64,000 nucleotides of DNA from Alphaproteobacteria bacterium. Its GTDB lineage: Bacteria > Pseudomonadota > Alphaproteobacteria > Bin95. The notes beneath the pieces were generated by a model. The model was not told the origin of the DNA, ran no database searches, and was given only the letters and a program-made list of their open reading frames with translations. The translations under genes and the position numbers were made by a program. Where the stretch lies: contig OZ219786.1 of assembly GCA_964291285.2 (NCBI GenBank), forward strand, positions 128,001 through 192,000. The letters run 5' to 3'. This document shows, in pieces, positions 1 to 9,770 of this stretch (position 1 is its first letter; the number at the start of each line of letters is the position of its first letter).

Positions 1-85
1 CAGTGGCATCGCATCGCTCCCGTTCGCCGCCCGGCACCGCTATAAAGGCCGGCGGCAAGTGTCTTCTGCGGGAGGAATAACATCG

Positions 86-1717
<1,632 letters not shown>

Positions 1718-1809
1718 CGGGTCGGACCTGCCGGGCGTTGCGCTCCGGTTTCCGTTCCATGCGCTTCCGTCGGGCACGGTCTCGCCGGGCGGCGGGACCC
1801 CCTGCGAAG

Positions 1810-1836
1810 TGTCATGAAGTGTCATGTTCTGTCATG
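1810..1836. repeat. TGTCATG x3 array with 10-bp period (end of dispersed element copy A)
   Basis: GTCATG at 1811, 1821, 1831. Confidence 0.9.
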
Positions 1837-1874
1837 TCCGGGGATGCGCGCGCCTCCCGCCGGCCCCCTTTCCA

Positions 1875-2870
1875 TCATGCCCGGACTCGTTCCTGGCATG
1901 ACGATGTGAGGCCATGGCGGGAAGAGGGCCGGTCCGGCAGGAAGCTGCCGTCGTCGAAGCCGTCCCGCCGGTCCTTACCGTCCTCGTCGAAGGGGTCGTC
2001 GCCGCAGCGCCTCTCTTCCCGTTCGATCCGGTTCCGCCTGCGTTCCTCGACCTCCTCCGGGGCCCAGGGGTCGTAGATGTCGTCGTAGCCGTTGCGGCGC
2101 TGGTAGAGCCAGTCGTGTTCGGCGCTGTCGGCCCGGTCGTCGTCGATCCTGTCCTCGTGGCCGGGCGTGTCGGCGGCGGCCCAGGGGCAGTATTCGTAGG
2201 TCTCCTCGGGCGGGTCGTCGGCCGGCGGCAGGTCGTCCGGGGGCGGTGCGGGCAGCCCGAAGCCGAAGGGCAGGCGGGAGCGCTCCTCGACGGCCGCGGC
2301 GAGCCTGCGGGCGGCCTCCCCGTGCGCGGCCCCGTCGAAACCGTCGCGCGCCTCCATCGCCTCCCGGCAGGCATGGTGGCGTTCGAGCGCGCGTTCGGCC
2401 CGCTCCTGCCCCAGGCGCACGGCTTCGGCGAGCGGCCCCGGCTCGGTGCCGGCTGCGCGCGCCTCGCCCGCTTCGATCTCGCCGAACTCGTCCTCGTGCG
2501 GCATCGGCCAGAGGCGGGCGCGGTTGGCCCCGCCGGGCTTCACCAGGCCGGTAATCTCCGCCTGGAAGCGCAGCACCCGGAGCATGGTGTGGGCCGAGCC
2601 GCTGGCGACGGCGGCGTCCCAGACCTGCTCCAGCCGGGCCAGCAGGATGGCGGCTTCGTCCTTTTCGGTGCGCTTCCACGACAGGCGGATGCGGCGCAGG
2701 CGCTCGACGATGTGAGGGCGCTCCAGCAGGGCGCATCCGGTCTGGCGGGCGGAGCGTTCTGAGTAGCCGGCCCGCCTTGCGGCGTCGGCGGCATTGCCGG
2801 AGACGGCATAGTGGCGGCAGAAGGCCTCCTGACGTGTGGAGAGCGCAATGGCGGGGTCGATGATGGGCAT
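1875..2870 (-). CDS. Protein with N-terminal terminase small subunit-like HTH domain and acidic low-complexity C-terminus
   Basis: RQEAFCRHYAVSGNAADAARRAGYSERSARQTGCALL matches the Terminase_2-type N-terminus (Q.F..EY....NAT.AA..AGYS...A); AAAGGAG upstream of ATG 2870. Confidence 0.7.
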   Translation of the reverse strand: MPIIDPAIALSTRQEAFCRHYAVSGNAADAARRAGYSERSARQTGCALLERPHIVERLRRIRLSWKRTEKDEAAILLARLEQVWDAAVASGSAHTMLRVLRFQAEITGLVKPGGANRARLWPMPHEDEFGEIEAGEARAAGTEPGPLAEAVRLGQERAERALERHHACREAMEARDGFDGAAHGEAARRLAAAVEERSRLPFGFGLPAPPPDDLPPADDPPEETYEYCPWAAADTPGHEDRIDDDRADSAEHDWLYQRRNGYDDIYDPWAPEEVEERRRNRIEREERRCGDDPFDEDGKDRRDGFDDGSFLPDRPSSRHGLTSSCQERVRA

Positions 2871-3127
2871 GGGGCGGCGGCTCCTTTCGTTCCGCTGGCG
2901 TTCGACAAACAAACCCGGCTGCGGTACGGGACCGCGCCGGGCCGGGGGGCGGCGTTGACGGGCAGCACCGCCCCGTCGGGGAGCGACCCTGTTTCGCGCG
3001 TATCGCGTGCGGGCGCGGGCGGGTGTCGGCGCCGGCGCGGTTCGCGCGCCTGATTGCGCGCGCGAGCCGCAGGGCGCACTTCGCCTGTGCGTCGAATCGG
3101 GGTCGTTCCGCGCCGGGCCGGCGCGAA

Positions 3128-3159
3128 GGGAGGCGAAGTCCGCGCGGACTTCGCCTCCC
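3128..3159. repeat. Perfect 32-bp palindrome
   Basis: GGGAGGCGAAGTCCGC|GCGGACTTCGCCTCCC. Confidence 0.9.
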
Positions 3160-3351
3160 CCGGACCTATCTAGGCATAGATTTTCCGGAGGTCAAGTCTT
3201 TTTCAGGAAATGTTTCTGATTTTTTAAACGAACTGAGATTTCAACAACCGGAACACAAGGCAATACCCGTCCCGGCCCTTCCCCGTCATACCCCGTATCG
3301 TCATGCCCGCCAAAGCCGGACCGGGGCGGCGATTGCGGGATTGCACTGCCT

Positions 3352-4257
3352 TCAGCGGTTGTCCCGCGCGCGTTCGGCGTAGCGGTTGTCCACGCAGGCT
3401 TCGTAGGGGATATCGCGGGCGATGAAGCCGCCGGAGATGAGCGCGCCCTTAAGGCGCACGAAACCTTCCAGCGGCAGCACCGGGTCCCGACCCCAGACGC
3501 CACCCGCCCTGTAGCGCGCCAGCGCGCCGGCGAGCCGTGCCGGGGCGAGGTCCGGGAAATAGCCCTGCAGCCGCGCCGCCAGCGCCCTTGCGTCGTGGCC
3601 GTGCAGCCAGCTCAGCGCTTCCATCACGCCGCCGGCGAGCGCGGAGAGCGCATCGGGATTGGCCTCGGCGAAGCCCCGGGAGGTGTAGAGCGTCGTGTAG
3701 GAGGTCGGCCCCCGCGAGGCGGCGGCGTACCAGACATGGCCGGCGCCCTCATGCAGCAGTTCTTCCACGAACGGTTCGAACACCTGGATCGCATCCACCC
3801 TGCCCTCGCGCAGCGCGTCCGCGTTCTCCGCCATGCTGCGGCCCGCCTCCCGGTTCATGGCGGCCGGGTCGAGGCCGGCGCGGCGGATGTCGTCCTGGAG
3901 GCAGAGCCATGGCGTCGGCACTTCCGAAACGCTGGCGAAGCGCGCGTCCATGAGGTCGGCGAAGCGGAAATCCGGATTCGGCTCCCGCCCGACCACATAG
4001 AACGGGTCGCGCGTGACCGCCTCCGCAAACGCCACCACCATCCCGTCCCCGTGCTGCTGCTGATACTGCATCATGCGCATCGGGCCGCCCCAGACGACAT
4101 CGGCGCCGCTGCCGAACAGGCTCGAAGCGGCGTCGTCGGGGCTGTCCGGCCGGCCGAATTCCACCTCGAGGCCGCGCCGGCCGTAAGCGTCCAGTTCGAG
4201 TGCCAGGTAGAAGGGCGCGTAGAAGACGGCCCGAAGCGACTCGAACAGCCTCACCAT
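3352..4257 (-). CDS. ABC transporter substrate-binding protein, NMT1/THI5 (SsuA-like) family
   Basis: FYAPFYLALELDAY..GLEVEF N-terminus, VDAIQVFEPF. Confidence 0.75.
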   Translation of the reverse strand: MVRLFESLRAVFYAPFYLALELDAYGRRGLEVEFGRPDSPDDAASSLFGSGADVVWGGPMRMMQYQQQHGDGMVVAFAEAVTRDPFYVVGREPNPDFRFADLMDARFASVSEVPTPWLCLQDDIRRAGLDPAAMNREAGRSMAENADALREGRVDAIQVFEPFVEELLHEGAGHVWYAAASRGPTSYTTLYTSRGFAEANPDALSALAGGVMEALSWLHGHDARALAARLQGYFPDLAPARLAGALARYRAGGVWGRDPVLPLEGFVRLKGALISGGFIARDIPYEACVDNRYAERARDNR

Positions 4258-4988
4258 GCGTTGTAACCGCCGTCCACCAGCAGGTCGGCGCCGGTCATGT
4301 AGCTGGACTCGTCGCTAGCGAGGAAGAGCGCGGCTTCGGCGATTTCCTCCGGGCGGCCCATGCGGTCCAGCATCGTGAGCGCGCCGTTCTCCCGTTCCGC
4401 CGCCTCCCGTCCTCCGTGCTTGGCGTGGACGCGCGGCGTGCCGATGGGGCCGGGCGAGAGGCTGTTGACGCGGATGCCTTCGCCCGCATGGTCGATCGCC
4501 ATGACCTTGGCCAGCTGGATCAGCGCCCCCTTGGCGGCGTTGTACCAGCAGTGCCCCGGCTTGCCGACCTGGCCCAGTTGCGAGGCCACATGGACGATGC
4601 TGCCGCCGCCGCTCGCCGCGATCAGCGGAACGGCGTATTTGCTCATCAGGAAGGGGCCGGTGAGATTGACCGCCATCGACCGAGTCCAGTCCTCCTCCGC
4701 GACATCGACAACAGTCCCGTAACGCACGAAGACGGCGGCATTGTTGACGAGGACATGCAGTCCGTCGAAACGCTCCTTCGCCAGCTCTGCCGCGGCCCTG
4801 GCGTCGGCGGCGCGGGACACGTCGCAGCGCATCGCAACCGCACCCTCCGGCGCGCGCTCCACAATGTCGGCCGCATTGTCCGCCGCGATGACCTCCGCGC
4901 CCTCGCGCAGGAAGGCGGCGGCGATGGCGTGGCCGATACCGCCGGCCGCGCCGGTGACGATGGCGGCCTTGCCCGCGAGCCGGGCCAC
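4251..4988 (-). CDS. SDR family oxidoreductase
   Basis: TGAAGGIG, NNAA, YNAAK; GTG start overlaps the upstream stop. Confidence 0.9.
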   Translation of the reverse strand: MARLAGKAAIVTGAAGGIGHAIAAAFLREGAEVIAADNAADIVERAPEGAVAMRCDVSRAADARAAAELAKERFDGLHVLVNNAAVFVRYGTVVDVAEEDWTRSMAVNLTGPFLMSKYAVPLIAASGGGSIVHVASQLGQVGKPGHCWYNAAKGALIQLAKVMAIDHAGEGIRVNSLSPGPIGTPRVHAKHGGREAAERENGALTMLDRMGRPEEIAEAALFLASDESSYMTGADLLVDGGYNAW

Positions 4989-5830
4989 TATTCCCAGCGT
5001 CCTTCCGCGTGCCACTCCACCTGCTCGGCATAGCTGGCGCTGTAGGCGGCGCGGTGGCGGCGGTAGCTGTCCCAGTCGAGGCCGTCTTCTTCCGGGCGCG
5101 GTTCGAGCTCGAAATGGCCGTAGCGGTCCTCGCCCCGCACCAGCGTCGCCGGGACGGACATGCTGCCGATATGGCGGACGTTCGCCGGGATGTAGGAAAT
5201 GCCGATGCCGATGCGCCGGTCGCCGGCCCGGTTGGGGCCGGAGGCATGGACCGCGAGCGTGTGGTGGATCGAGAACTCGCCGGGCGAGAGCGGCACCGGC
5301 ACCGCGTCTTCCGTCCGGAAATCGGCCTCGGTGCGCTGGCCGGCGCTGTTGATGCTGTTGGGCGCTACATTCGCGATATGGCGCATCAGCCCGCCCCGGC
5401 TGGTGCCGGGCACGAAGCGCATGCAGCCCGCTTCCTCGGACGCCTCGCTCAGCGCCAGCCAGGCGGTGACATGAAGGTGCGGGCGCAAGCCGAAATAGGT
5501 GGCGTCCTGGTGCCAGATGGTCTGCGCCTTCGTTTTCGCATCCTTGACGAACCAGGTGCTCGTCCAGCACAGGATGTCGGGTCCGAGCAGCGCCTCCACC
5601 GCATCGAGTATGCGCGGGTGGCGCACAAGGTCGGCCGCAAAGGGCAGCAGCAGGTGCGTCTTGAACCGGGTGTCGGGGTCGCCGTCGGTGACGCGGTGGC
5701 CGAGCTCGGCCTCGTAAGCCTCGAATTTGCGGCGGTAATCCTGCGCCTCTTCCGCGGTCATGGCGTAGTAGGGGCCGCCGAAGCCGTTCCGCTCGAAGGC
5801 CCCAACATCGACCTTATGCGCTGCGCCCAT
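4988..5830 (-). CDS. Phytanoyl-CoA dioxygenase family Fe(II)/2OG oxygenase
   Basis: WHQDATY, HHTLAVHASGPN..DRRIG motifs. Confidence 0.88.
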   Translation of the reverse strand: MGAAHKVDVGAFERNGFGGPYYAMTAEEAQDYRRKFEAYEAELGHRVTDGDPDTRFKTHLLLPFAADLVRHPRILDAVEALLGPDILCWTSTWFVKDAKTKAQTIWHQDATYFGLRPHLHVTAWLALSEASEEAGCMRFVPGTSRGGLMRHIANVAPNSINSAGQRTEADFRTEDAVPVPLSPGEFSIHHTLAVHASGPNRAGDRRIGIGISYIPANVRHIGSMSVPATLVRGEDRYGHFELEPRPEEDGLDWDSYRRHRAAYSASYAEQVEWHAEGRWE

Positions 5831-5860
5831 CTTCTTCCTCCCTGCCCGCCTCTCTCCGCC

Positions 5861-7276
5861 TCACAGAACGCGGATCATGTCCTTCATACCGCTCGCCTGA
5901 TGCCCGAGGACATGGCAATGAAACAGCCAGTCGCCGGGATTGTCAGCAAGGAAAGCGATTTCCACCCGTTCGCGCGGGTCCATCAGCACGGTGTCCCGCC
6001 ATTCCCGGTGCGCCGTCGGCCTGCCGTTGCGCGAAAGCACCCGGAAGGCATGGCCGTGCAGATGCATCGGGTGGTGCCAGGCGGTGGCGTTGGTCATGGC
6101 GATGACGCAGCTCCGGCCGCGCCGGAGCGTCAGCATCGGCTCCGGAACGTCTCCCGAAGGGGGTTCGCCATTGACGAACCAGAACGAGCGCGGGCCGACC
6201 GGGCCCATGCGGCCGCCCATCTCGGCCATGACCGCCCCGCCCATCGCGCCGCCGGTGAACATCATCTCGTGGCGGATGGCGCCCCCGACCTCCGGCTCGG
6301 CCAACGGGTTGGGCGGCAGGCCGACCGGCCAGTCGGGCGGCTCTCCGCGCAGCGGCTCGGCCGTATAGGCGAGGTTGAGCAGGCGGTATTCCCGGTTGCG
6401 GTAGAAGGCGTCCACCACGGGCGTCTTCGCCCCCGGCTCCCCGGCCATATCGAGCACGATGTCGGCGCGCATGCCGGGGCCGAGCACGACCTGGCCGCCC
6501 TCCGGCGCATGGGGCGCGACCGGGTGGCCGTCGAGCGCCACGACCTGCGGACGGTGGCCCTCGAACTGCAAGCCGAAGACCCGCGCGTTCGCGGTGTTGA
6601 CGAGGCGGAGGCGTATGCGCTCGCCCCGATGCACGGCGAACTCTCCCGGACTGGAGCCGTTGACGGTGGCCCAATTGCCGAGGCGCCCGGCATGGCTCAT
6701 GTCGTGGGCGTTCCCGAAGCCGGGGGCAAGCTCCGCTTCCTCAGTCATCCGCCAGTCGTCCAGCACCCAGGTGACATCCCGGTCAACCCGAAGCGCCGGC
6801 TCGCGTTCCTCGACGACCAGCACGCCGTAAAGGCCGCGCGCGACCTGTTCGAGGCTGTTGGCATGCGGATGGTACCAGAAGGTCCCGGCATCCACGGCGT
6901 CGAACTCGTAGGCGAAGGTCCCGCCGGGGCGGACCGGCGGCTGCGTCACGCCGGGCACGCCGTCCATGGCGTTGGGCAGCCTGAGCCCGTGCCAGTGGAT
7001 CGTCGTGTCCTCACCGAGGCCGTTGTCGAGCAGGACCCGCAGCCGGTCTCCCTGGCGCACGCGGATTTCGGGGCCGGGCACGCTGCCGCCGTAACACCAG
7101 ACCGCCGTTTCGCCGTACGGCCCGGAGACGAGGCGGACGGACGCGGGCGCGGCCCGCAGCCGCATTTCCGTCACTCCCGCCGCCCGGACCCGGCCGAAGG
7201 GGACGAGCGCGAACCCCGCTCCCGCCGATGCGAGAAACGCGCGGCGCGTCATCGCTGGCACGGGCAATCCGGACAT
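5861..7276 (-). CDS. Tat-exported multicopper oxidase
   Basis: TRRAFL Tat motif; HWHG, WYHPH, HPMHLHGH, HCHVLGH..GM copper motifs. Confidence 0.93.
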   Translation of the reverse strand: MSGLPVPAMTRRAFLASAGAGFALVPFGRVRAAGVTEMRLRAAPASVRLVSGPYGETAVWCYGGSVPGPEIRVRQGDRLRVLLDNGLGEDTTIHWHGLRLPNAMDGVPGVTQPPVRPGGTFAYEFDAVDAGTFWYHPHANSLEQVARGLYGVLVVEEREPALRVDRDVTWVLDDWRMTEEAELAPGFGNAHDMSHAGRLGNWATVNGSSPGEFAVHRGERIRLRLVNTANARVFGLQFEGHRPQVVALDGHPVAPHAPEGGQVVLGPGMRADIVLDMAGEPGAKTPVVDAFYRNREYRLLNLAYTAEPLRGEPPDWPVGLPPNPLAEPEVGGAIRHEMMFTGGAMGGAVMAEMGGRMGPVGPRSFWFVNGEPPSGDVPEPMLTLRRGRSCVIAMTNATAWHHPMHLHGHAFRVLSRNGRPTAHREWRDTVLMDPRERVEIAFLADNPGDWLFHCHVLGHQASGMKDMIRVL

Positions 7277-7296
7277 GGAGGACTCGCCTGGAACTC

Positions 7297-7373
7297 TGGC
7301 GCGCCCGGCACGACTCGAACGTGCGACCTTCTGCTCCGGAGGCAGACGCTCTATCCGACTGAGCTACGGGCGC
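7297..7373 (-). tRNA. tRNA-Arg(CCG)
   Basis: Reverse complement GCGCCCGTAGCTCAGTCGGATAGAGCGTCTGCCT-CCG-GAGCAGAAGGTCGCACGTTCGAGTCGTGCCGGGCGCGCCA; cloverleaf with encoded CCA. Confidence 0.96.
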
Positions 7374-7409
7374 TTGCGCCGGGAGACCATAGATGCGCGG
7401 CCCCGGCTG

Positions 7410-8597
7410 TCAACCGAGATAGGACCCGTCGCGCGCGACGAGCCGCCCGGCCTTGAACACCAGCGCGCGCGGCGGGTGCTGGGCGACGGCCTCGGCGAGC
7501 GTTTCGGCGTGGACCGTGAACAGGTCGGCGGGCGCCCCGGCGGCGATGCCGCGGTCGTCCTGGCGCAGGACCCGGCGCGGGGCGGCCGTCGCGCAATCGA
7601 AGGCGACGGCAAGGTCCTCGTCGGTGCGGAAGCCCGAGCGCCATGACAGCAGCATGGCCCGGATCAACAGGTCCCCATTGCCGTAGGGGCCCCATGTGTC
7701 GCGCACGTCGTCATTGCCGACGAACACCTCGACGCCGCGTTCGCGCAGCTTCTTCACCGGTGGCAGCGGCGAGGCGCCGCCTCCGTGGGTGGCGAGCGAC
7801 AGGCCCGCCCCGGCCATGGCGGCGGCCAGGCGCTCGAAGACATCGTCCGGGCAGGCCCCGAGGCAGAAGCCGTGGCTGACGGTGACGCGGCCTTCCATGC
7901 CGGCTGCGCTCGTGCGTTCGGCCAGCGCGGCGATTTCCAGCAGCCCCGCTTCGCCGGGATCGTGGATGTGGATGTCGATGCCCTTGTCGTGCTTCCCGGC
8001 CAGCCGGAACAGCAGGTCGAGCTGGCCGTCCAGGTCCCCGTCCTGGCCTATCGGGTCGATGCCACCCACAAGGTCCGCGCCCATCGCCAGCGCCTCGTCC
8101 ATAAGCTCGAAAGTGCCCGGCGCGGCGAGCACGCCATATTGCGGGAAGGCGACAATCTGGAAGTCCGCGGCGTCAGCGAAGGCGGCCTTGACCTCGAGCA
8201 GCGCCTCGACGTGCCGCACGCCGATATCGGGTCCGATATCCGCATGGCTGCGGAATGCGGTCGCGCCGAGCGCCACGGCCTGCCGGACGAGGTTGGTCGC
8301 GCGCTCGGCCGGCGGCGGCAGCCCCGCGCGCAGGCCGCGCTCGGTCGCGATGCGGCTCGCCCTGTCCGGCCCGGCCGGATGCGGCATCCAGGGCAGGCCG
8401 GTCAGCGTCTTGTCGAGATGCACATGCCCGTCGATCATGCCCGGCAGGGCGAGCAGCCCGCCGCCGTCGATGCGCCCGGCGCCCGCCGGGTCGAGGCCGG
8501 GTCCGATCGCTTCGATCGCGCCGCCGGCCATGCGGATATCCGCCTTGCTCCCGTCTGCAAGACGCACGTTTGCAAGCAGGGTCGCCTCGTTGCTCAT
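7410..8597 (-). CDS. Amidohydrolase, cytosine deaminase-like
   Basis: [37 protein letters not shown]. Confidence 0.88.
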   Translation of the reverse strand: MSNEATLLANVRLADGSKADIRMAGGAIEAIGPGLDPAGAGRIDGGGLLALPGMIDGHVHLDKTLTGLPWMPHPAGPDRASRIATERGLRAGLPPPAERATNLVRQAVALGATAFRSHADIGPDIGVRHVEALLEVKAAFADAADFQIVAFPQYGVLAAPGTFELMDEALAMGADLVGGIDPIGQDGDLDGQLDLLFRLAGKHDKGIDIHIHDPGEAGLLEIAALAERTSAAGMEGRVTVSHGFCLGACPDDVFERLAAAMAGAGLSLATHGGGASPLPPVKKLRERGVEVFVGNDDVRDTWGPYGNGDLLIRAMLLSWRSGFRTDEDLAVAFDCATAAPRRVLRQDDRGIAAGAPADLFTVHAETLAEAVAQHPPRALVFKAGRLVARDGSYLG

Positions 8598-8682
8598 GGC
8601 TGCCGCCTCCCCGTTACCGCCGTCCCGGACACCCGCCAGAGAGCCTGCTATCGTCCGGTATTTCAAGGAGAAAGGGCCGGCA

Positions 8683-9513
8683 ATGGGCAAGGCGTCGGAA
8701 ATTCCGGATCACTACTCGCAGGGCGGCCTGCTCACGCGGCTGGAGGCGAGCTTGCGCGAGGACGGAGTCGATCCGGCGAGCCCTGCTCTGGAAGAGCTCG
8801 CGCCCTACGACCACTTCCACGGCCGCGGGCTGGAGGCGACCGAAGACATGGCGAACCGCCTTCCGGTCTCTGCGGGGGACCGGATCCTGGATATCGGCAG
8901 CGGCCTCGGCGGCCCGGCGCGCTACATGGCGCAGCGCTTCGGCTGCCGGGTCAGCGGCATCGACCTGACGGCGGAGTTCTGCGAGGTCGCGCGGCTCCTG
9001 ACCGCACGGCTCGGGCTGGAAGACCGGGTGTCCTTCGACGAGGGCAATGCGCTGGCGATGCCGTTCGAGGACGGGGCATTCGACGGCGCCTATTCCATGA
9101 ATGTCTCCATGAACATCGCCGACAAGCGCGCCTTCTACCGGGAGGTCCACCGCGTGCTGAGGCCCGGTGCATGGCTCTGCCTGTCCGAGGTCGCACAAGG
9201 GCCGGGCGGCGAACCGGAATACCCGCTGCCCTGGGCGGCGACCGCTTCGTCGAGTTTCCTCGCCACGCCGGAGGACACCTGCGCGGACCTCGAAGCCTCG
9301 GGTTTCAGGGTCGAGAGCCTGCGGGACACGAGCGGCGCGGCGCGGGACTTCGCGGCCCGCTCGCGCGCCATCGTCGAGGCCGGCGGAAAACCGCCGCACC
9401 GCGCCGTCATGCTGGCGCTTGGCGAACGCGCCCGCGAAGCGGTGGCCAACACCGGTCGTGCCGCGAAGGAGCGCCGCACGCTGCCGATCGAGCTCCTCTG
9501 TCGAAAGGCGTAA
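8683..9513 (+). CDS. Class I SAM-dependent methyltransferase
   Basis: [13 protein letters not shown] motif I; AAGGAG upstream. Confidence 0.88.
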   Translation: MGKASEIPDHYSQGGLLTRLEASLREDGVDPASPALEELAPYDHFHGRGLEATEDMANRLPVSAGDRILDIGSGLGGPARYMAQRFGCRVSGIDLTAEFCEVARLLTARLGLEDRVSFDEGNALAMPFEDGAFDGAYSMNVSMNIADKRAFYREVHRVLRPGAWLCLSEVAQGPGGEPEYPLPWAATASSSFLATPEDTCADLEASGFRVESLRDTSGAARDFAARSRAIVEAGGKPPHRAVMLALGERAREAVANTGRAAKERRTLPIELLCRKA

Positions 9514-9590
9514 CCCTGCCCCGCATGTTGCGCGCAGGGGCCGGTTCGCTATCATCCGTCCACCGCCGGACCAGCATGAGGGAAGCGCCG

Positions 9591-9770
9591 ATGGAACCGC
9601 CGGAGACGATTGAGGTCGAGGAGGCCACGATTGCCTGCGACGGCGGCGGCGGCGCGCTCGGCCACCCGCGCGTCTATCTTCATCTGGACAGCGAAGGCAG
9701 GGTGGATTGCCCCTATTGCGGCCGGCGTTTCGTGCTGAAGGACGGAGCCGGCCTCCGCGCGGCGCATTGA
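9591..9770 (+). CDS. zf-CHCC zinc-finger protein (NDUFS6-like)
   Basis: [14 protein letters not shown]...CPYCG. Confidence 0.88.
   Translation: MEPPETIEVEEATIACDGGGGALGHPRVYLHLDSEGRVDCPYCGRRFVLKDGAGLRAAH

Larger units (their letters stand above)
1800..3250 (-). repeat. Dispersed element copy A (long form with TerS-like ORF); boundaries approximate
   Basis: Core 3023-3066 is identical over 44 nt to the reverse complement of 32889-32932; 20-mer TCGCGCGCCTGATTGCGCGC at 3042-3061 recurs at 49668-49687; GTCATG array at one end and AT-rich segment at the other. Confidence 0.8.

Noticed and set aside
1875-2870. Prophage around the TerS-like gene
   Set aside because: Flanks are ordinary metabolic genes; no other phage gene is present
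7297-7373. Integrative element at tRNA-Arg
   Set aside because: No integrase and no duplicated tRNA 3' end seen in the window
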